Shown in pieces: positions 56,745-64,000 of a stretch of 64,000 bases of DNA. Under the pieces are notes generated by a model that was not told the origin of the DNA, ran no database searches, and saw nothing but the letters and a program-made list of their open reading frames with translations. Within the stretch, counting starts at the first letter, position 1. Each line of letters starts with the position of its first letter. Source of the stretch: Alphaproteobacteria bacterium. Its GTDB lineage: Bacteria > Pseudomonadota > Alphaproteobacteria > Micavibrionales > UBA2020. The translations under genes and the position numbers were made by a program. The DNA is taken from positions 73,759 to 137,758 of the forward strand of contig OZ257145.1 in the NCBI GenBank assembly GCA_965279315.1. Reading direction: 5' to 3'.

Positions 56745-57650
56745 TTACACCTTGTCCAGCATCAGGACGGTGAACAGCGCGAACAGGTAGAAAATTGAAT
56801 AGCCGAACATCAGGCGCGCAAAGCGGTAGCCTGTTTCGCGCAACACGCGGACCGAACTGACGATGAACATCAGGTGCAGCAGCGAGGCGATCACAAGGTA
56901 AATCACGCCCGCCATGCCCATGAAATAAGGGGCGAGGACGACGGGGATCATCAGGAGCGTGTAAAGCACCATCTGGCGCTTGGTCGATGCTTCGCCCGCC
57001 ACAACAGGCATCATCGGCACGCCCGCTTTTTTATAGTCCTCGTTGCGGTAGAGGGCGAGCGCCCAGAAATGCGGCGGCGTCCACAGGAAGATGAGCGTGA
57101 ACATGACGATCGATTCCAGCGACACGTTGCCCGTCACCGCCGCCCAGCCGATCATGGGCGGGAACGCGCCGGCCGCGCCGCCGATCACGATGTTCTGCGG
57201 CGTGATGCGTTTCAGCCAGACTGTATAGATGACGACGTAAAAGAACGATGCGAAGGCGAGCAGGCCCGCGGCCGCCCAGTTGACCGCAACGCCCATCAAC
57301 CCGACGGACAAAAACGTCAGCACGCCGCCAAAAGCCAAAGCCTCCGCCGATTCAACGCGCCCCGTGACGATAGGGCGGTTTTTCGTGCGGGACATGATGG
57401 CGTCGATGTCCTGTTCGTACCACATGTTGATTGCGCCCGATGCGCCCGCGCCGACCGCGATGCAGAACACCGCGACCAGTTGCAGGAACGGGTGCAGGTG
57501 GCCGGGCGCAAGGACGATGCCCGCCACGCCCGAAAACACCACCAGAGTCATCACGCGCGGCTTCAAAAGCTCGATGAAATCGCGGATACGCGTTTCTTCG
57601 CGCGCGGTATCGGGCGCGGCGTCGAAGCTGTATGTCGCGAAATCGGTCAT
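56745..57650 (-). CDS. ctaB: Protoheme IX farnesyltransferase (heme O synthase)
   Basis: UbiA-family prenyltransferase with LLKPRV, NMWYEQDID and MSRTKNRP motifs. Confidence 0.9.
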   Translation of the reverse strand: MTDFATYSFDAAPDTAREETRIRDFIELLKPRVMTLVVFSGVAGIVLAPGHLHPFLQLVAVFCIAVGAGASGAINMWYEQDIDAIMSRTKNRPIVTGRVESAEALAFGGVLTFLSVGLMGVAVNWAAAGLLAFASFFYVVIYTVWLKRITPQNIVIGGAAGAFPPMIGWAAVTGNVSLESIVMFTLIFLWTPPHFWALALYRNEDYKKAGVPMMPVVAGEASTKRQMVLYTLLMIPVVLAPYFMGMAGVIYLVIASLLHLMFIVSSVRVLRETGYRFARLMFGYSIFYLFALFTVLMLDKV

Positions 57651-57658
57651 GCTTCCTT

Positions 57659-60315
<2,657 letters not shown>

Positions 60316-60507
60316 GTGACAGTTATATACCTGTCACATATGCTTGTGAAGCACCGCGCAACAAAATTTATATGCCATAATCCGGCAAGCGGCGATTGTT
60401 TTTGAAGGGTTTATTGGAGACGAAGTTGGTGCGGATGGCGAAGGTGTGGACGGGCGTTCAATTTTGGGAGGCTAGTTTTCATAGACCGCGTCCTGCCCCC
60501 GACGCCG

Positions 60508-60620
60508 TAACCCCGGCGAAGGCCGGGGTCCAAGCACTCTCAGGATAATTGGCAGCGACACCTCATAAGCCGCAACCTACCCCTGCGCGCGAAGCCCATA
60601 CCGGCGAAAGCCGGTATCCA
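60508..60620. repeat. Degenerate copies of the CCGGCGAAGGCCGG hairpin repeat family
   Basis: CCCCGGCGAAGGCCGGGGTCCA at 60511-60532 and ATACCGGCGAAAGCCGGTATCCA at 60598-60620. Confidence 0.6.
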
Positions 60621-60715
60621 GTTTATAACCCGCTAACCTTTCATCCGTTTTTCAATGATTCCGCTATTCTTCGCAGCTCTGCAATTACTTCTTTGCTGCA
60701 ATGGGATGGCGCGCC

Positions 60716-61648
60716 TTAGGGCGCGGTGCCGGGCGTTGCCTTCGGCTTTGCTTTGCGCGGCGGGTGCAGCCTTGCGGTGATGGCGTTCGCCACTGTCTCC
60801 TGCGTCGCCTTCGAAAGATCCTCTTCCGTTCCCTGCCAGTATGCAGGGCCGTTCACGATATGCGCGCGCACCTTGCCGGGGAATTCCTTGCCCAGCTGTC
60901 CGGATAAAAATTCCATCGATGTGTCCGTGCGCCCGAAGATCACGAAATCGACCGTCGCGCGCAGATGGTTGCGCAGCAGTTTTTCCATCTCCGCCTTCGC
61001 CGCCGGATAATCATGGAAACCGCCGTCGGAGATCACGACGAAATGCGACCGCTGCCCGTTCAGCTTGTTCACGGCGGCTGTCTTGATCATCTCCGTCACG
61101 GCAGGCGCGAAATCGCTGGAGGGGCCGCCCTTGAACAAATCCTTCCGCGTGTCGGGATCGAGGATATCGCCCCGCACCCATTCTGCGTCGCGCGCGCCCG
61201 CATAAAGGCACACCGGCGCACCCAGCACCGCCGCGCCATCCAGCGCGGCTGCGAAAGGTTTCGCCGTGATGCTGCCGGAGCGGTCGATGAAAACGGCGAC
61301 AGAAGTATTTTTTACATTCACGCGCGCCGATTTTATGCGCGCCTGCACATCACTGGTGCGCGTGCGGAAGCGCGCCTTTTCGGCGGCGGCCTTCTTCGCT
61401 TCATCCTGTTCCAGTTTGCGCAAGATACGGTCGGCGGATTTGCCCAACTGCCGCTGGTCTTCGGCGGCGCGGTCGAAATGACGTTTCAGCGCCGCCGCAT
61501 CATCGGCCAGTTCAGGCGCAAGAGCCTGCGCATCCGCCACCACGCGCGCGGATTTTTCGCTGCCTTCGGCGGCGGCGTCGAATTGCTGTTTCAGCCAGTG
61601 CAGCGCGTCAATCGTTTCGCGCGGCGCGGGTTTGCCGGGGTTCTGCAT
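60716..61648 (-). CDS. vWA-like (MIDAS DxSxS) protein with an N-terminal coiled-coil region
   Basis: VAVFIDRSGSI is a MIDAS-like motif, followed by HFVVISDGG. 310 aa. Confidence 0.55.
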   Translation of the reverse strand: MQNPGKPAPRETIDALHWLKQQFDAAAEGSEKSARVVADAQALAPELADDAAALKRHFDRAAEDQRQLGKSADRILRKLEQDEAKKAAAEKARFRTRTSDVQARIKSARVNVKNTSVAVFIDRSGSITAKPFAAALDGAAVLGAPVCLYAGARDAEWVRGDILDPDTRKDLFKGGPSSDFAPAVTEMIKTAAVNKLNGQRSHFVVISDGGFHDYPAAKAEMEKLLRNHLRATVDFVIFGRTDTSMEFLSGQLGKEFPGKVRAHIVNGPAYWQGTEEDLSKATQETVANAITARLHPPRKAKPKATPGTAP

Positions 61649-61732
61649 GGCATCCTGCCGTTATCCGTAAAATGATGGTTATTTTTAGGATGTGGGAGGC
61701 AGGGAGTCAAGGCGGACAAAATTGGCAGGAAA

Positions 61733-62326
61733 CTACGCGCCAAAGATTTCGTCGTACCAATGTGCTTCTTTATCTTTGAACCAAGACTCGTTTTGAGGAA
61801 TGCAGAGAGCAGCTAAGCCCTTGGCACTCGTGCCATAGCGTCTCGTTAATGCAATCAGATCCATCAACCCTGTTCTATCAAGGTTTTGCAATTTAACTTC
61901 CAGCCCTGCCGACTTGCCCAAAACACTTGGGAGGCCTACGACGCTTATTACCGCAGGGATAGATTCAAGCCATGTAAAAAAATGGTATTCATCTATGTAA
62001 GCAAAAAATACACGCGGTTCATCGAGGATAATAACCATTCCATCCGGAAACCACTTTTTAGTTTGATAGACGACAAGAAGATCAACTAAATCGCCGATAG
62101 TCTCAACAGCTGCCCATTCTTCAGGCATTGGAGATATAGATTCCCAGTTTGCGACTCGATCGAAAAAATCTTTTATCAGATCGGGACTCATATTCAAATC
62201 GTTTGCAAAATGCATATCCAACGTCAATTGCTGGTCAGTTCCACCGACCCTGCATGCATAGGAGACGCTATCCAGTATACCTTCAGCAATTTTTTCTCTG
62301 GTTTTTTTCAACTTATCCATCATCAC
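61733..62326 (-). CDS. Hypothetical protein in a second low-GC segment
   Basis: 197-aa ORF with AT-rich codon usage unlike the flanks. No motif recognised. Confidence 0.5.
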   Translation of the reverse strand: MMMDKLKKTREKIAEGILDSVSYACRVGGTDQQLTLDMHFANDLNMSPDLIKDFFDRVANWESISPMPEEWAAVETIGDLVDLLVVYQTKKWFPDGMVIILDEPRVFFAYIDEYHFFTWLESIPAVISVVGLPSVLGKSAGLEVKLQNLDRTGLMDLIALTRRYGTSAKGLAALCIPQNESWFKDKEAHWYDEIFGA

Positions 62327-62445
62327 GTAATTTGGAATTTACATGCCATGATGTCGCCCGCGGCACATGGCAAGCATAACACCTTGCATGCGATAAAGCT
62401 GAATAGATTTTCCCTGTATCTAGTCCTCTAATATAACTGCGGAAT

Positions 62446-62700
62446 TTAACGCCGCTGTTCCATGTCAAGTTCGCGCATCAGGAAGTTAACCTCTTCCAGC
62501 TCGCGGTCCATCGCCCGCAGCGCGTGGTAATCCATCGGGTTCTGGCGCATCAGCCTTGCCCGTTCTATTTTCGCCTCCACGCAATACAACTTGAGAAGCT
62601 GCAGGTGAAAACCTGCAAGTGTCGCCACCGTCGCGCGTTCAAGGGCATGTTCGATCCCCAGCGCGGCGAGGAACGGGTTGGTCACCGTGTTCAGTGCCAT
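62446..62700 (-). CDS. Small hypothetical helical protein
   Basis: 84-aa ORF downstream of engB on the same strand. Normal GC. No motif recognised. Confidence 0.4.
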   Translation of the reverse strand: MALNTVTNPFLAALGIEHALERATVATLAGFHLQLLKLYCVEAKIERARLMRQNPMDYHALRAMDRELEEVNFLMRELDMEQRR

Positions 62701-62783
62701 TCATCCTGCCAAAATAATTCAAACAATAGGACGAGTTTAGCAGAACGGCATGGGGTGTCAAAATACCACCCTTAAGTGGCTGA

Positions 62784-63437
62784 TTATGCTTGTTCGCAGA
62801 CCTGCAGCAGAATCGCGCGGAGTTCGGCAATGCCGATATTCTTGTCGGAACTGGTGGGGAAAACTTTGCCATGCGCGGCGACGTGCTTCATCCGCAACTC
62901 TTCTTCGACGGTCGTGATGGTGGCGGCAAGCTCCGCCGCCTTCGGCTTGTCGGCCTTTGTCAGGATCACGACATAGCGCACGCCGGAGCGGTCGAGGATT
63001 TCCATGCTGTCGCGGTCGGCGGGCATGATGCCGTGGCGGGAATCCACCAGCAGGCAGACGCGGCGCAAGGAACGGCGTTCGCGTAAGTAATCATAGATGA
63101 GGCCGTTCCACGCCGCGATTTTTTCCTTCGACTCTTTCGCATAGCCATAGCCCGGCAGGTCGACGAGGCGGAATTTGCCGTCGATCTCGAACATGTTGAT
63201 CTGCTGCGTGCGGCCCGGCGTTTTCGACGCGCGCGCCAGCGCCTTGCGCCCCGTGACCGCGTTGATGAGGCTGGATTTGCCGACGTTGGACCTTCCGGCG
63301 ACAGCGATTTCCGGCATGCCGTCATCCGGCGGCATCGCCTGATGGTTGGCGACACCCGCCACGAATTTGCATTCGCGCTGGAACAGCCGCTGCCCCGCCT
63401 TCAACGATTCAGGGTCGAAGACGAAACCCTGGCTCAT
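62784..63437 (-). CDS. engB: Ribosome biogenesis GTPase EngB/YihA
   Basis: GRSNVGKSSLINAVTG (G1), DLPGYG (G3), TKADK (G4). ATG 63437 overlaps the yidC stop (ATGA). The upstream part of the longer ORF is not EngB-like. Confidence 0.9.
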   Translation of the reverse strand: MSQGFVFDPESLKAGQRLFQRECKFVAGVANHQAMPPDDGMPEIAVAGRSNVGKSSLINAVTGRKALARASKTPGRTQQINMFEIDGKFRLVDLPGYGYAKESKEKIAAWNGLIYDYLRERRSLRRVCLLVDSRHGIMPADRDSMEILDRSGVRYVVILTKADKPKAAELAATITTVEEELRMKHVAAHGKVFPTSSDKNIGIAELRAILLQVCEQA

Positions 63438-64000
63438 GATACCGGCAGCTTCGGTTTTTTCTTGCGGCGGTCGGCATGGCCGCGGATGAGCGAGGTGTTT
63501 TCGCCGCCCACTTTTTTCAGGATGTAATACTGCTGGAAGATCGACAGCACGTTCGACCATGTCCAGTAGATGATAAGGCCGACCGCAAACTGCGCCATCA
63601 TCACGGTTGCGATGAAGGGGAACCAGGTCTGCAGCCTCTCCTGGGTCGCGTCCGCCATCGGGGGCGTGATGCGTTTTTGCAGGACCATGGTCAGGCAGAA
63701 CAGCGCGGGCCACGCGCCGATCATCAGCGCGTGCGGCGGCGTCCACGGGATCAGGCCGAACAGGTTGAAGATGGATGTCGGGTCGGGCGCGGACAAATCG
63801 TGGATCCAGCCCCAGAACGGCGCATGACGCAGGTCGACCGAAATCAGGATGACCTTGTACAGCGCGAAGATGATCGGGATCTGCACGATGATCGGCCAGC
63901 AGCCCGAAAACGGGTTGGCGTTTTCGACGCGGTACAGTTCGTAAATCTCCGCCTGCAGCTTCACCTTGTCGTCTTTATATTTTTCCTGCAATTCCTTCAG
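63434..64000 (-). CDS. yidC: Membrane protein insertase YidC, C-terminal part (5' end lies outside the window)
   Basis: NPFSGCWPIIVQIPIIFALYKV and PFWGWIHDLSAPDP are conserved YidC core strings. Basic C-terminal tail. The frame is open to the window edge. Confidence 0.9.
   Translation of the reverse strand: MKELQEKYKDDKVKLQAEIYELYRVENANPFSGCWPIIVQIPIIFALYKVILISVDLRHAPFWGWIHDLSAPDPTSIFNLFGLIPWTPPHALMIGAWPALFCLTMVLQKRITPPMADATQERLQTWFPFIATVMMAQFAVGLIIYWTWSNVLSIFQQYYILKKVGGENTSLIRGHADRRKKKPKLPVS

Noticed and set aside
60316-60338. CRP-like TGTGA...TCACA half-sites within the coxB palindrome.
   Set aside because: The spacing between the half-sites is 14 nt rather than 6, so this is not a CRP/FNR-family consensus. 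It is kept only as an unexplained palindrome.
62784-63746. 320-aa version of the engB ORF with a 103-aa Arg/Asp/Pro-rich N-terminus overlapping yidC.
   Set aside because: The EngB homology starts at MSQGF (ATG 63437), which forms an ATGA overlap with the yidC stop. The upstream part is the yidC coding region read in another frame.

Overview
High-GC chromosomal segment whose gene content points to an alphaproteobacterium (ctrA, chpT, and the cox order coxB-ctaD-ctaB-small ORF-ctaG-coxC-DUF983-SURF1). No BLAST or HMM search was possible, so all calls come from reading the ORF translations and the DNA.

Content from left to right:
- Flagellar export and regulation genes: flhF (partial), flhG, a Pro-rich FliK-like protein, fliJ and fliI.
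- The cell-cycle and motility regulator ctrA, followed by a 27-bp tandem array of terminator-like hairpins.
- An ankyrin-cheA-cheW-cheY-cheB-cheR operon, then chpT.
- Housekeeping genes: phosphomannomutase, an RlmM-like methyltransferase and aminopeptidase P.
- A low-GC gene bracketed by inverted REP-like elements.
- Three tandem ankyrin-repeat proteins that share an unrecognised C-terminal module.
- rpsU, a fused indolepyruvate:ferredoxin oxidoreductase and the yejABEF peptide ABC importer.
- About 14 kb (32.8-47.1 kb) holding four tandem paralogous genes for giant polytopic membrane proteins of 966-1387 aa.
- A HAD hydrolase, a degenerate EAL protein, pyrD, thrC, an M32 carboxypeptidase, SURF1, a DUF4157-like HEXXH protein and the aa3 cytochrome oxidase cluster.
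- A vWA protein, a second low-GC gene, engB and yidC (partial).

The four-paralog array is the most interesting part. Each gene has its own near-identical sigma70-type promoter and leader and its own ACCGCCGG/CCGGCGGT-stem terminator. The proteins tentatively recall DotA/TraY or VirB6/TrbL-type T4SS membrane components, but no other secretion-system genes lie in the window.

No tRNA, rRNA, CRISPR array, transposase or integrase was seen.
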